NCBI GenBank assembly: GCA_020720665.1
Contig: DYOF01000003.1
Span: forward strand, 1 to 61,820
Reading direction: 5' to 3'
DNA: 61,820 bases
From: Acetofilamentum sp.
Lineage (GTDB): Bacteria; Bacteroidota; Bacteroidia; Bacteroidales; JAADGE01
Shown here piece by piece: positions 9,726 through 19,680 of the stretch. The notes below the pieces were generated by a model that was not told the DNA's origin, made no database searches, and saw only the letters and a program-made list of their open reading frames with translations. Position 1 is the first letter of the stretch, and every line of letters begins with the position of its first letter. Made by a program: the position numbers and the translations under genes.

Positions 9726-10160
9726 ATGACTGAAAAAATAAAAACAAATTGGAAAGGAAACATGGCTTTTGAATGGGAGGTAAACGGCCATAAAGTAATG
9801 ATAGATGCAACGCAAAATGTCGGTGGGGAAAACAAAGGCCCTCAACCGAAACCGTTTATGCTGGCAGCTCTCGGCGGATGCACCGGTATGGATGTCGTTT
9901 CAATATTAAAAAAAATGCGTGTAACTGAGTTGATTGAAGATTTTAACGTTGATGTCAGCGGAGAATTAACTGAAGAACATCCCAAACACTTTATAAGTAT
10001 GCATGTGTCATACATTTTCACTCCGAAAGCCGGAGAAGAATTGCCGATGGAAAAATTGGAAAAAGCTGTAAATTTATCCGAAGAAAGATATTGCGGCGTT
10101 AGTGAAGTTTACCGAAAAGCAAATATAAAAATGACTTCAGAAATAATTATAAAGAAATAA
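9726..10160 (+). CDS. OsmC/YhfA family protein
   Basis: GPQPKPFMLAALGGCTGMDVVSIL and SEERYCGVS motifs. Confidence 0.9.
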   Translation: MTEKIKTNWKGNMAFEWEVNGHKVMIDATQNVGGENKGPQPKPFMLAALGGCTGMDVVSILKKMRVTELIEDFNVDVSGELTEEHPKHFISMHVSYIFTPKAGEELPMEKLEKAVNLSEERYCGVSEVYRKANIKMTSEIIIKK

Positions 10161-10188
10161 TTACATCACTTTTTTATTTAAAATAATC

Positions 10189-10219
10189 AAGAAGAGAAGC
10201 CTAATCTCTTCTTTTTTTT
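10189..10219 (+). terminator. intrinsic terminator after the OsmC gene
   Basis: AAGAAGAGA/TCTCTTCTT stem followed by a T run. Confidence 0.65.
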
Positions 10220-10260
10220 ATAAAAATTCTGCATAGGGAATAAAAACATAGAGAAATAAT

Positions 10261-10268
10261 TATTTTTG
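10261..10268 (+). promoter_or_regulatory. -7 promoter element (TATTTTTG) for glyQS-dusB
   Basis: TAnnTTTG followed by CA, 21 nt before ATG 10290. Confidence 0.6.
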
Positions 10269-10289
10269 CACACATATAAAAATTTTAAA

Positions 10290-11843
10290 ATGACAAATCC
10301 TGATAAGTTTAAAAAAATTATAGCCCATGCGAAAGAGTATGGTTTTGTTTTTCAATCAAGTGAAATATATGACGGACTAAGTGCCGTATATGATTACGGT
10401 CAAAACGGTTCGGAACTGAAAAATAACATCAAAAAATATTGGTTAGATTCAATGGTTATGTTGCATGAAAATATTGTCGGAATTGATTCTGCAATATTTA
10501 TGCACCCTACAGTTTGGAAGGCTTCCGGTCATGTCGGGGCTTTTAACGACCCTTTAATTGATAATAAAGATTCCAAAAAAAGATATCGAGCGGATGTTTT
10601 AATAGAAGAACATATTGAAAAAATTAACGAAAAAATTGAAAAAGAAATTGAAAAAGCACAGATGCGTTTCGGCAATCAATTTGATGAAAAACAATTTCGT
10701 ACAACAAATCAAAGAGTAATTGAAAGGCAATCAAAAATAGATGAGATTTTAAATCGTTTCAAAAAAGCAACCGAACTGTCTGATTTAAACGAAATAAAAC
10801 AAATTATTATTGATAATGAAATTACTTGCCCTGTTTCCGGCAGTAAAAATTGGACTGATGTCAGACAATTTAATTTAATGTTTGACACAAAACTCGGTTC
10901 AGTCAGCGAAGATGCTGATTTAATTTATTTGAGACCGGAAACCGCACAAGGTATTTTCGTAAATTATTTGAATGTACAAAAAACCGGACGAATGAAATTG
11001 CCGTTCGGAATTGCTCAAATAGGAAAAGCATTTCGCAACGAAATTGTTGCTCGACAATTTATATTCAGAATGCGAGAATTTGAACAAATGGAAATGCAAT
11101 TTTTTATTCGTCCCGGGGAAGAAGATAAATGGTTTGACTATTGGAAAAAAAACAGAATGAAATGGCATGAAGTTTTAGGTATGGGTGATGAAAACTACAG
11201 ATTCCACGATCACCAAAACTTAGCACATTATGCCAAAGCCGCAACCGATATCGAGTTTAATTTTCCGTTCGGGTTTAAGGAATTAGAGGGAATTCATTCT
11301 CGTACTGATTTTGACTTATCACAGCATCAGGAACACTCCGGAAAAAAACTTCAATATTTTGATCCTGAAACAAATGAATCATATGTTCCGTTTGTTATCG
11401 AAACTTCAATCGGTGTTGACCGAATGTTTTTATCAATCTTATCACATGCGTATCAAGAAGAAATTATACCGAATAATGACGGGAATACAGAATCAAGAGT
11501 CGTACTTAAAATTCCTGAAGCATTAGCACCGATTAAAGCAGCTATTTTACCCCTTGTTAAAAAAGACGGATTACCTGAATTAGCTCGAACAATTATGAAC
11601 GAACTGAAGTATGATTTTAACTGCAGCTATGAAGATAAAGACTCTATCGGTAAACGATACAGACGCCACGACGCAATCGGAACGCCTTATTGCATAACCG
11701 TTGACCATCAATCCCTTCAAGACAATACAGTTACATTGAGAGACCGCGACACGATGGTACAAAAAAGAGTTGAAATATCTAAATTAGCAGAGATTATCAA
11801 TCAAAAAACAAACTTAAAAAGCCTGTTTAAACAAATAAATTAA
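10290..11843 (+). CDS. glyQS: glycine--tRNA ligase (alpha2 type)
   Basis: YDYGQNG, WKASGHV, YLRPETAQGIF, FRNEI, REFEQME, SIGKRYRRHDAIGTP; ATG 10290 preferred over the TTG inside the promoter. Confidence 0.97.
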   Translation: MTNPDKFKKIIAHAKEYGFVFQSSEIYDGLSAVYDYGQNGSELKNNIKKYWLDSMVMLHENIVGIDSAIFMHPTVWKASGHVGAFNDPLIDNKDSKKRYRADVLIEEHIEKINEKIEKEIEKAQMRFGNQFDEKQFRTTNQRVIERQSKIDEILNRFKKATELSDLNEIKQIIIDNEITCPVSGSKNWTDVRQFNLMFDTKLGSVSEDADLIYLRPETAQGIFVNYLNVQKTGRMKLPFGIAQIGKAFRNEIVARQFIFRMREFEQMEMQFFIRPGEEDKWFDYWKKNRMKWHEVLGMGDENYRFHDHQNLAHYAKAATDIEFNFPFGFKELEGIHSRTDFDLSQHQEHSGKKLQYFDPETNESYVPFVIETSIGVDRMFLSILSHAYQEEIIPNNDGNTESRVVLKIPEALAPIKAAILPLVKKDGLPELARTIMNELKYDFNCSYEDKDSIGKRYRRHDAIGTPYCITVDHQSLQDNTVTLRDRDTMVQKRVEISKLAEIINQKTNLKSLFKQIN

Positions 11844-11851
11844 CTTTCGGT

Positions 11852-12832
11852 TTGAAAATCGGCAATATTGAAATACCTGAATTTCCGCTTTTGTTAGCAC
11901 CGATGGAAGATATAACCGATCGTTCCTTCAGACAATTATGTAAAGAGTTCGGAGCCGACATTCTATACACCGAATTTGTTGCATCTGAAGCATTAATCAG
12001 GAATATTGAAAAGTCTTTTCAAAAACTTAATATTGAGGACACTGAAAGACCTGTAGGAATTCAAATATACGGTCATCGAATTGATGCCATGGTAGAAGCC
12101 GCTAAAATTGCAGAACAATACAAGCCGGATTTAATCGATATAAATTTTGGCTGCCCGGTTAAAAAAATTGCGATGAGAGGAGCCGGTGCAGGTATGTTGA
12201 GAGACGTTCCTACAATGATAAAAATGACAAAAGCCGTAGTAGATGCAGTAAAAATACCCGTTACGGTAAAAACAAGACTCGGTTGGGATTCTGAAAGTTT
12301 AATTATTGACCAAATTGCCCAAGAATTACAAGACACCGGAATAAGTGCATTAACCATACACGGAAGAACAAGAGCTCAGTTGTACAGAGGAACTTCGGAT
12401 TGGTCTTTGATTAAAAAAATTAAAGAAAATCCTCAAATTAATATTCCGATAATCGGTAACGGAGATATAAATGATGGTAAATCTGCAAAAAATGCTTTTG
12501 AAAACTTTAATGTTGACGGAATCATGATAGGACGAGCAGCAATAGGAAAACCATGGATTTTTAAAGAAATAAAACACTTTTTAAAAACCGGTAAAATTAT
12601 GCCCGAACCGTCAATTTCTGAAAAAGTTGAAACTGCTAAAAATCATTTTAAAAAATCATTGGCAATAAAAGACGGAAAAAAAGGGTTTTATGAAATGAGA
12701 AGGCATTTTGCATTATATTTTAAAAATTTACCTGATTTTAAATCTTTGAGATTAAAATTATTAACTTCGACTGACGAAAATGAAATAATTGATATTTTGA
12801 ATACAATACGTGAACAGTACAAAGACCTCTAA
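11852..12832 (+). CDS. dusB: tRNA dihydrouridine synthase
   Basis: LAPMEDITD, DINFGCPVKK, TVKTRLGW, TIHGRTR, GNGDI, MIGRAAIGKPW. Confidence 0.92.
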   Translation: MKIGNIEIPEFPLLLAPMEDITDRSFRQLCKEFGADILYTEFVASEALIRNIEKSFQKLNIEDTERPVGIQIYGHRIDAMVEAAKIAEQYKPDLIDINFGCPVKKIAMRGAGAGMLRDVPTMIKMTKAVVDAVKIPVTVKTRLGWDSESLIIDQIAQELQDTGISALTIHGRTRAQLYRGTSDWSLIKKIKENPQINIPIIGNGDINDGKSAKNAFENFNVDGIMIGRAAIGKPWIFKEIKHFLKTGKIMPEPSISEKVETAKNHFKKSLAIKDGKKGFYEMRRHFALYFKNLPDFKSLRLKLLTSTDENEIIDILNTIREQYKDL

Positions 12833-12843
12833 TCTCTGAAAAA

Positions 12844-15585
12844 ATGCTGAACAATAAAACATTGCTGATTGTTTCCGGTATAGCCGTTGCTGCCGTTATT
12901 CTTGTTTTTTTATTTGTCGGCAAAGAAAGCAAAACACTTTCTCCGGTTATTAAAGCCATTCCGAACAAAGCGGCATTTATAATTGAAACTTCTGATTTTA
13001 ACTACTTAACAAATAAAATATCAAAAAACGAAAATTTAAAATCTTTACTTTCTCAATCTAAATTCTCAAAACACTTTTATAATCAACTGATTTTTATTGA
13101 CTCTGTTATAAGACATGAAAAAACATTCAGCGATTTTATCAACCAAAAAACCGTTATCTTATCAGCCCACTATTTAGGACAAAATAATTTAGATTACTTA
13201 TTTGCTACCGGATTTTCCGGAAAAAAATCAGATATTGATAAAATTAATCAATCTATAAAAAAACTAAACGACAATTCTCCTGTTAATACCATTAATTTTG
13301 CCGGTGCCGAAATATTTAAAATATCATTAAAGGGTTCAAAATCTGATATTTATTATTCATTTTTTGAAGATTACTTTTTATTAAGTTATTCAGAAATCAT
13401 CCTGCAAAAATCAATTAAAAATATTAACAGCGGTGCAAGCCTTTTTGATTCTCCTAATTTTAAATCTCTTTATCAAAAAACAGGCAAAAAAAATGACGCA
13501 ACACTATATATTTGTTATGAAAACCTTTTTTCATATATAGAAATTAAAGGACAACAATTGTATCGAAGCAGATTTAATTTATTAAGAAATTTTGCTGATT
13601 GGACGGCACTGGATATCCAAATTAAAAAGAAAGATATCAAGTTTACAGGACACACAACATTAAAATCAGAAATGCAATATTTAAAACTTTTTGAAAATGT
13701 TACTCCCGAAAACGCCGAAATTTTAAAAATATTACCTGAAAAAACTTCATCCTTTGTTTCATTAAATATCGGAACAGGCTCACAATTCAAATACAAGTAT
13801 GAAGACTACTGCGGACTTATCAGAACCTTAAACGATTATCAAGTTAAATTGGCTGAATTTAATAAAGAATACGACTTCACTGACGATAAAAACACGCTTT
13901 ATGAATTAATCGGCGGAGAAGTTTCTCTCTTTACCGAAGACGTTTTTAAAAACGGAAAAGAACAAAATACTTTTTTTGCAGTCAGCTACAAAGAAAAATC
14001 AGATATCGAAAAGTTTTTCAACATAATAATTAAAACACATTCCGCAAAAAAAAACGAACCCGAAGATACATACAAAAGCAATTATATTTCTAATGATAAC
14101 GAATATATAATTTATAAAAATCCCGAAATTAAATTACCGGAAATTTTTTTCGGTGAACTGTTTAAAAATATTGATGCAAATTATATTTGCCTGATTAAAA
14201 ACTTTATTGTTTTCGGAGAAAATAAAACCGCTTTGTACGGATTAATAGACTCTTTTGAGAAGGACAAAACTCTGAAACGAAAATCTCAAAACTATTCTTT
14301 TCTTAAAAGTTTAGCCGATCAGTCTAATATTTTGTTTTTTATTGATCCGATTCATGCCGAAAGTATTTTAAAAAGCCTGTTTATAAACTTCTCCTTTGAT
14401 AAAACCCAAGGAATTAACAGAATACAAGGACCTGCCGTACAATTTATTGCTGACAATTACCCGATTTATACAACAATTAAGATTTCATTTAATTCTGACC
14501 GTCAACAATCAGCAGAATCTGTTTGGGAGCTAAGGTTAGACACCGTAATATCCGAAAAACCCTATATTGTTTTAAACCATGAAACACTTGAAAAAGAAAT
14601 TGTGATTCAAGATCTTGCAAACAAAATATATTTAATAGATAAAAACGGTAATATTCTTTGGAACAGACAATTAGACGGGATAATTATCTCAAATATCTAT
14701 CAAATTGATTACTATGAAAACAGTAAACTCCAATTAATCTTTAATACAAAAAATAAAATTTATTGTATTGACAGAAAAGGAAATTGGTTAGAAGGCTACC
14801 CTATCGAATTAAAATCGCCGGCAACAAACGGATTATCAGTGTTTGATTATGACAATGATAAAAATTACAGAATATTTATTGCCGGAGAAAATAAAAAAAT
14901 TTATCTCTATAACAAAGACGGAAAAATTGTTGACGGGTGGGTTTTTGAACACACGCAAAGTGAAGTAACAAATGAAATAAACCATTATAAAAATGCTGAC
15001 AATGACTATATTACATTCAGAGACAAAACAAATATTTACATTTTAAATCGCAGAGGAGAAACCCGAATAGTTCCCGATATAAATATTCCGCTTTCCGACA
15101 ATAACAAAATATATTTTCATGTAAATAATGAAAAAGCATTTTTTACAACAACAAGTCCTGCCGGAACCATTTATTTAATTTCAGAAACCGGAAAGACTGA
15201 AAATATTAACATTAAAAAAGTATCTGATAATCATCACTTTTTACAAACCGATGTAACTAATGATAATTTCCCTGATTTTATCTTTACCGATAAAAATTCG
15301 ACAACTGTTTATGACGGTAAAACACGAAAACTATTTTTCTCATATGAATTTGATGATACAATTGAAAATGAATTATTTGAATATGTTTTTTCTGACAACG
15401 ATATTCGTTTAGGTGCAACTTCTGCCGATAAAATTTATTTGATAACAAATAACGGAAAAATTTCTGAGGGTTTTCCGCTTAACGGAACCGGTCGTTTTAG
15501 TATTACAAAATTTACCGAATCGGAAGAATTCTCATTAATCGTAGGAAATAAAGATAATTATTTATACAAATACCAAATTAAATAA
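12844..15585 (+). CDS. large membrane-anchored hypothetical protein (DUF3352-like N-region, C-terminal beta-propeller-like repeats)
   Basis: N-terminal TM anchor; repeated IYxIDxxGxxLxG[YWF]P-type blades near the C-terminus. Confidence 0.55.
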   Translation: MLNNKTLLIVSGIAVAAVILVFLFVGKESKTLSPVIKAIPNKAAFIIETSDFNYLTNKISKNENLKSLLSQSKFSKHFYNQLIFIDSVIRHEKTFSDFINQKTVILSAHYLGQNNLDYLFATGFSGKKSDIDKINQSIKKLNDNSPVNTINFAGAEIFKISLKGSKSDIYYSFFEDYFLLSYSEIILQKSIKNINSGASLFDSPNFKSLYQKTGKKNDATLYICYENLFSYIEIKGQQLYRSRFNLLRNFADWTALDIQIKKKDIKFTGHTTLKSEMQYLKLFENVTPENAEILKILPEKTSSFVSLNIGTGSQFKYKYEDYCGLIRTLNDYQVKLAEFNKEYDFTDDKNTLYELIGGEVSLFTEDVFKNGKEQNTFFAVSYKEKSDIEKFFNIIIKTHSAKKNEPEDTYKSNYISNDNEYIIYKNPEIKLPEIFFGELFKNIDANYICLIKNFIVFGENKTALYGLIDSFEKDKTLKRKSQNYSFLKSLADQSNILFFIDPIHAESILKSLFINFSFDKTQGINRIQGPAVQFIADNYPIYTTIKISFNSDRQQSAESVWELRLDTVISEKPYIVLNHETLEKEIVIQDLANKIYLIDKNGNILWNRQLDGIIISNIYQIDYYENSKLQLIFNTKNKIYCIDRKGNWLEGYPIELKSPATNGLSVFDYDNDKNYRIFIAGENKKIYLYNKDGKIVDGWVFEHTQSEVTNEINHYKNADNDYITFRDKTNIYILNRRGETRIVPDINIPLSDNNKIYFHVNNEKAFFTTTSPAGTIYLISETGKTENINIKKVSDNHHFLQTDVTNDNFPDFIFTDKNSTTVYDGKTRKLFFSYEFDDTIENELFEYVFSDNDIRLGATSADKIYLITNNGKISEGFPLNGTGRFSITKFTESEEFSLIVGNKDNYLYKYQIK

Positions 15586-15592
15586 AAAGTAT

Positions 15593-15600
15593 TAACTTTG
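15593..15600 (+). promoter_or_regulatory. -7 promoter element (TAACTTTG)
   Basis: TAnnTTTG followed by CA, 40 nt before ATG 15641. Confidence 0.55.
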
Positions 15601-15640
15601 CAAATTAACCTTATATATTTAATACCTTTATTTTTAGAAA

Positions 15641-16873
15641 ATGAAATCAAAATCAAAAATTCGGGGAACAAGCACAATAATCATACTGACAATTCTTTTT
15701 TTAGCTTCTTCATGCAGAAAAAACTTTAATATCAATGAATTTGAGAATTTAAACAATGACTCATTAAGTTTTGAAGGCAGTTTAGCCGTACCTGTCATTA
15801 ATACAGAACTTAAATTAGTGAATTTCGTGCCTGAAAACGACTCAAGTCTTTGGATTGAAATTGACGAAAACGACTTAATACATCTTCGAATGTATTACAA
15901 AGATTTAATCGTAATGAAAATGCAAGACATTTATCCGACTCCTGATGTTTTATATCCCGCAGCTCCCGGTATTATTGTTCCTGCTAAAACAAAAGAATTA
16001 AAAACAGACACCTCAAAAATGAAAGTATATAGCAATATTCTCACCGGAAAACTATATTTTCAAAATCCGTCATTTAAATTTAATATTCGAAATTACATTC
16101 CGGTTGTAACATTCTTTAACGCGGATACTTTAACATTTTACAATTATGAGAATACAGCCATATCACATACAGAACATACGGAATATCACATCCCTGCACC
16201 TTCCGGATACGGAACCTATGCCGACACGTCAATAATTATTGACACCGCCTCAATGCCCGTTTTAGACGATGTATTTGCACCTGTTCCGCGATTTTTTTCT
16301 TTTAGCATTTCTTCCGGAAGTCATAACCCGCAAGTCTTGCCCTATGGCGTTACCGGTGAAGAAGAAATGCACATCGATGTTGATGTTGACTTACCCATAG
16401 ATGCTCGATTAGAAACAATCGTAATGAGCGACACCATAAATTTTATGTGGGATTCGGAAACATTTGAACAAATTAAATCCGCCACACTCAAAGTTCGCTT
16501 TAAAAACGGTTTTCCTATTGACGGATTTTCACAAATATACATTACTGATACAACCGCAACCGGCGATATCGGCAACATTATTGACTCCTTATTTACAGAC
16601 ACCTCACTTCCGGATGTTACAAATGAAGGTTGGCACTTAAATCCGGCAGAAACAGATGCTCAAGGCATTGTTACAATCAGTGATGTAAGCGAAATTATTG
16701 TAAGTTTAAGCCAAGAACGGCTAAATTTCTTAAAAAATTCTCACGCATCAAGACTTCTAATTGTCGGGAAATTAAACTCATATCTTTCAAATACCGGATT
16801 ATTTGTTAAATTGTTAGGAAAATACACAATGGGAGTTCAAATTGCCGTAAAAGTGGATTACGATACGAATTAA
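15641..16873 (+). CDS. hypothetical lipoprotein
   Basis: Lipobox LASSC after a hydrophobic stretch; acidic, beta-rich mature part. Confidence 0.65.
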   Translation: MKSKSKIRGTSTIIILTILFLASSCRKNFNINEFENLNNDSLSFEGSLAVPVINTELKLVNFVPENDSSLWIEIDENDLIHLRMYYKDLIVMKMQDIYPTPDVLYPAAPGIIVPAKTKELKTDTSKMKVYSNILTGKLYFQNPSFKFNIRNYIPVVTFFNADTLTFYNYENTAISHTEHTEYHIPAPSGYGTYADTSIIIDTASMPVLDDVFAPVPRFFSFSISSGSHNPQVLPYGVTGEEEMHIDVDVDLPIDARLETIVMSDTINFMWDSETFEQIKSATLKVRFKNGFPIDGFSQIYITDTTATGDIGNIIDSLFTDTSLPDVTNEGWHLNPAETDAQGIVTISDVSEIIVSLSQERLNFLKNSHASRLLIVGKLNSYLSNTGLFVKLLGKYTMGVQIAVKVDYDTN

Positions 16874-16909
16874 TAAGAGAAATTAAAGCATTCTTGTAAT
16901 ATTTTAAAA

Positions 16910-18391
16910 ATGAAAATAATGAAAAAAAGATATATTCGCCTATTATTATTCGGTTTTATTCTGTTTAATTTAAAAATTGTTTCAGCACAAGACAACACAA
17001 TTTACTGGATGAATCATTTGCCGCAAAGTATTAATACAAATCCCGCAAAACAATCCGATTGTAAATTTTTTCTTGATTTACCGATTATCCCGAATTTTTC
17101 TGTGGATTTAGCCCATTCCGGTTTTACTATTAATGATGCATTTAAGGCACATCCTACAATTCCAAATTATTACATGTTAAATTTTGACGGAATTGAAGCA
17201 GCTCTGAATGAAAAAAACAGTATTAGTTCTGAAACGAATATTTCAATTATTAATTTAGGAATCGGGCTATCAAACGACAAAGCAATTTCATTCGGAATAA
17301 ATTATAAAGTTTCCGAGAGTTTTTTATACCCAAAAGCATTAATTGAGCTGAGAAAAGGCAATTATCGAGAAAACGGAACACCGCTTTCTTTTAATTTCGG
17401 ACAAGATTTATTAGCATACCGTGAAATTTATATCGGTTTTTCAAAAAAACTTAACGGTAATCTAAACTTAGGCGGTCGCCTAAAATATCTTTCCGGCTAT
17501 GCTAACATTAAAACAAAATCAATGAAAATTGATTGGTACACATCTACCTTAGACGATGGTATGTATGATTGGACCTTCAACTCAGATTTTGATATCAGAA
17601 CAAGCACTCCGTTTGAATGGGAATTTGCCTATGATTCACTCGGTCATATCTCCGGATTTGAATATGATGACACTTACTTTGATAACATTTTGTCAAATAC
17701 TATGTCGCTTATTTTTCCCCGAAATGCCGGTCTTGCTGTTGATATGGGAGTTGAATATAATCTTAACGAACGTATCACCCTCTCAGCTTCAGTAACTGAT
17801 TTTGGTTTTATCAAATGGAAAACAAACCCTAACAAACTAACCCAACAAGCAAGCTACACATTTTCAGGCTTAGACGTAGGAAAATACATTACATCCATAG
17901 AAAGTCTTCAAAACGATTTTATGACTGAAATGATTGACGATTTAACAGATACATTATTAACTGTTTTCGACCCTGCAATTGAAAAAACTGCATACTCATC
18001 AGGTTTAAATACAAAATTTTTTGCCGGCGGAAATGTTCTGCTTACTGATTGGTTAAACTTCGGATTATTATATCGGGGTGCTATTTTAAATAAAACCTTA
18101 TTTTCGGCATATACCGTATCTGCCAATATGAATTTCATGAAAGGCTGGGCTTATTCACTTACTTATTCTATAAAAGACGGTTTAGCCAATAATGTAGGTA
18201 TGGGCATAGCATATAAAGTCGGTCCGTTTCAAATGTATTTAATAACCGACAATTTATCTGCTCCCTTTTGGGCAATTAACGAAACCGAATTTTCAGATAC
18301 ATGGCTTAGAAATACAAAACGCATTAATCTTAGTTTTGGTGTAAATTTTATTCTGTGCGGACATAAAGATGACATTGGTTTACTTGAATAA
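16910..18391 (+). CDS. outer-membrane beta-barrel protein (DUF5723-like)
   Basis: Signal peptide; PQSINTNPA, LGGRLKYLSG, GLAVDMG, SASVTDFGFIKW, GPFQMYLITDN, terminal LSFGVNF strand. Confidence 0.7.
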   Translation: MKIMKKRYIRLLLFGFILFNLKIVSAQDNTIYWMNHLPQSINTNPAKQSDCKFFLDLPIIPNFSVDLAHSGFTINDAFKAHPTIPNYYMLNFDGIEAALNEKNSISSETNISIINLGIGLSNDKAISFGINYKVSESFLYPKALIELRKGNYRENGTPLSFNFGQDLLAYREIYIGFSKKLNGNLNLGGRLKYLSGYANIKTKSMKIDWYTSTLDDGMYDWTFNSDFDIRTSTPFEWEFAYDSLGHISGFEYDDTYFDNILSNTMSLIFPRNAGLAVDMGVEYNLNERITLSASVTDFGFIKWKTNPNKLTQQASYTFSGLDVGKYITSIESLQNDFMTEMIDDLTDTLLTVFDPAIEKTAYSSGLNTKFFAGGNVLLTDWLNFGLLYRGAILNKTLFSAYTVSANMNFMKGWAYSLTYSIKDGLANNVGMGIAYKVGPFQMYLITDNLSAPFWAINETEFSDTWLRNTKRINLSFGVNFILCGHKDDIGLLE

Positions 18392-18404
18392 ATATTGAAA
18401 AAAA

Positions 18405-18731
18405 ATGGCTTTAAAATTACCACATTTTATCAAAATACCCGAGCATAATCGATTTGATTATAAACCGATATATTACGATAAACGCAAAGAAGAACTTGAA
18501 ACAAAAATTAACAGATTCAAAGAAATTAAAGAGCTATCTGATAAACACGAATTTAAACCCGAAATCAAAGGAAAGTTCAGAACACATACTAAGTTAATAA
18601 CAAAAAAACAAAAACAAGCTGCGAATTTACGATTGGCGGTAATTATAATTTTTACTGCAATTATTATGTACCTTATTATCCAAAAGGCGGATATTATAAA
18701 TAAAATGTTGAATGTATTAATATCCGGCTGA
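18405..18731 (+). CDS. small hypothetical membrane protein
   Basis: RFDYKPIYYD motif and a C-terminal TM helix; operonic spacing. Confidence 0.65.
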   Translation: MALKLPHFIKIPEHNRFDYKPIYYDKRKEELETKINRFKEIKELSDKHEFKPEIKGKFRTHTKLITKKQKQAANLRLAVIIIFTAIIMYLIIQKADIINKMLNVLISG

Positions 18732-18765
18732 TTTAAACTTTTTTTAATCCTTAAATTGTAAAAAA

Positions 18766-19548
18766 ATGAAAAAAAATGTATTCCGATTTGCAATACTCTT
18801 TATGAGTATGGTAACAATTTTTACGGCATCATGCAATAAAGGTGATGCTGATGCTCAATCTGCAGAAGATGCGGCAAGAGGCAGCTACATTATGGCTGAT
18901 GCTTTTGCTATGGCAAATTCCGGCTCAACAGGTAAATCGTTAAAAGATTTTACCGACACGCATTGTTTTGAAGTTGTCGCTTTTGAAACCGGTGAAGGCT
19001 TTTTTATGAATTTTAATAATTGTGTTGACGAATATGGGGTAACTTATAACGGAACAATAAAGGTATCGGCATCAGTACAAGCATGGACAGACGGCAGTGC
19101 CGGACAAATTACTATTGAATTTATTGATTATACAAACGGCAATGAAGCGATTTCAGGAAAAATTACCGCACAGGTAACTACCGGTTTGCTCGGTATTAGT
19201 TTTTCTATCGGAGCTGAAAATTTAAAAATTACCTATGCTGACGGTAAACAAACCTATCTTGAAGAAGCAGATTTAACATTCAGCATAAGTTTAACAACCA
19301 TTTTGGAAGGATTTGTTATTTCGGGTCATTCAAGAGGGGTTAACAGAAACGGCGTTTCTTACAGTTCGATTTCAGAAGACATTAAATACCAATTATGTCC
19401 ATGGCCCAAAGTAGGAACAATTAACATTGAAATTGACGGTGAAAAAGACATTGTAGTTAATTTTGACCAAGACGGAAAAGGCGCTTGCGACAGAATTATT
19501 TTAGTTTCGCAAAAAAGACATGATGATGTTACGGTTACCATAGATTAA
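18766..19548 (+). CDS. hypothetical lipoprotein
   Basis: Lipobox FTASC; Cys-containing beta-rich body (NFNNC...GTI, CPWPKVG, GACD). Confidence 0.7.
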   Translation: MKKNVFRFAILFMSMVTIFTASCNKGDADAQSAEDAARGSYIMADAFAMANSGSTGKSLKDFTDTHCFEVVAFETGEGFFMNFNNCVDEYGVTYNGTIKVSASVQAWTDGSAGQITIEFIDYTNGNEAISGKITAQVTTGLLGISFSIGAENLKITYADGKQTYLEEADLTFSISLTTILEGFVISGHSRGVNRNGVSYSSISEDIKYQLCPWPKVGTINIEIDGEKDIVVNFDQDGKGACDRIILVSQKRHDDVTVTID

Positions 19549-19575
19549 ACATTTACAGAAAAAAAAGAAAAAAGG

Positions 19576-19600
19576 GCTGTCCGATAAGGGCAGCTTTTTT
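19576..19600 (+). terminator. intrinsic terminator
   Basis: GCTGTCC-GATAA-GGGCAGC stem-loop followed by T6. Confidence 0.75.
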
Positions 19601-19680
19601 ATTTACAAAAAATTAACAATAAAAAATATATTGTTAATTTTGAATAACTTAATTTTGAAACTTTATCTTAATTTTATTAA

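Noticed and set aside
10600-10820. Charged helical insertion in GlyRS
   Set aside because: As far as I recall this is usual for Bacteroidota alpha2 GlyRS, so not unusual
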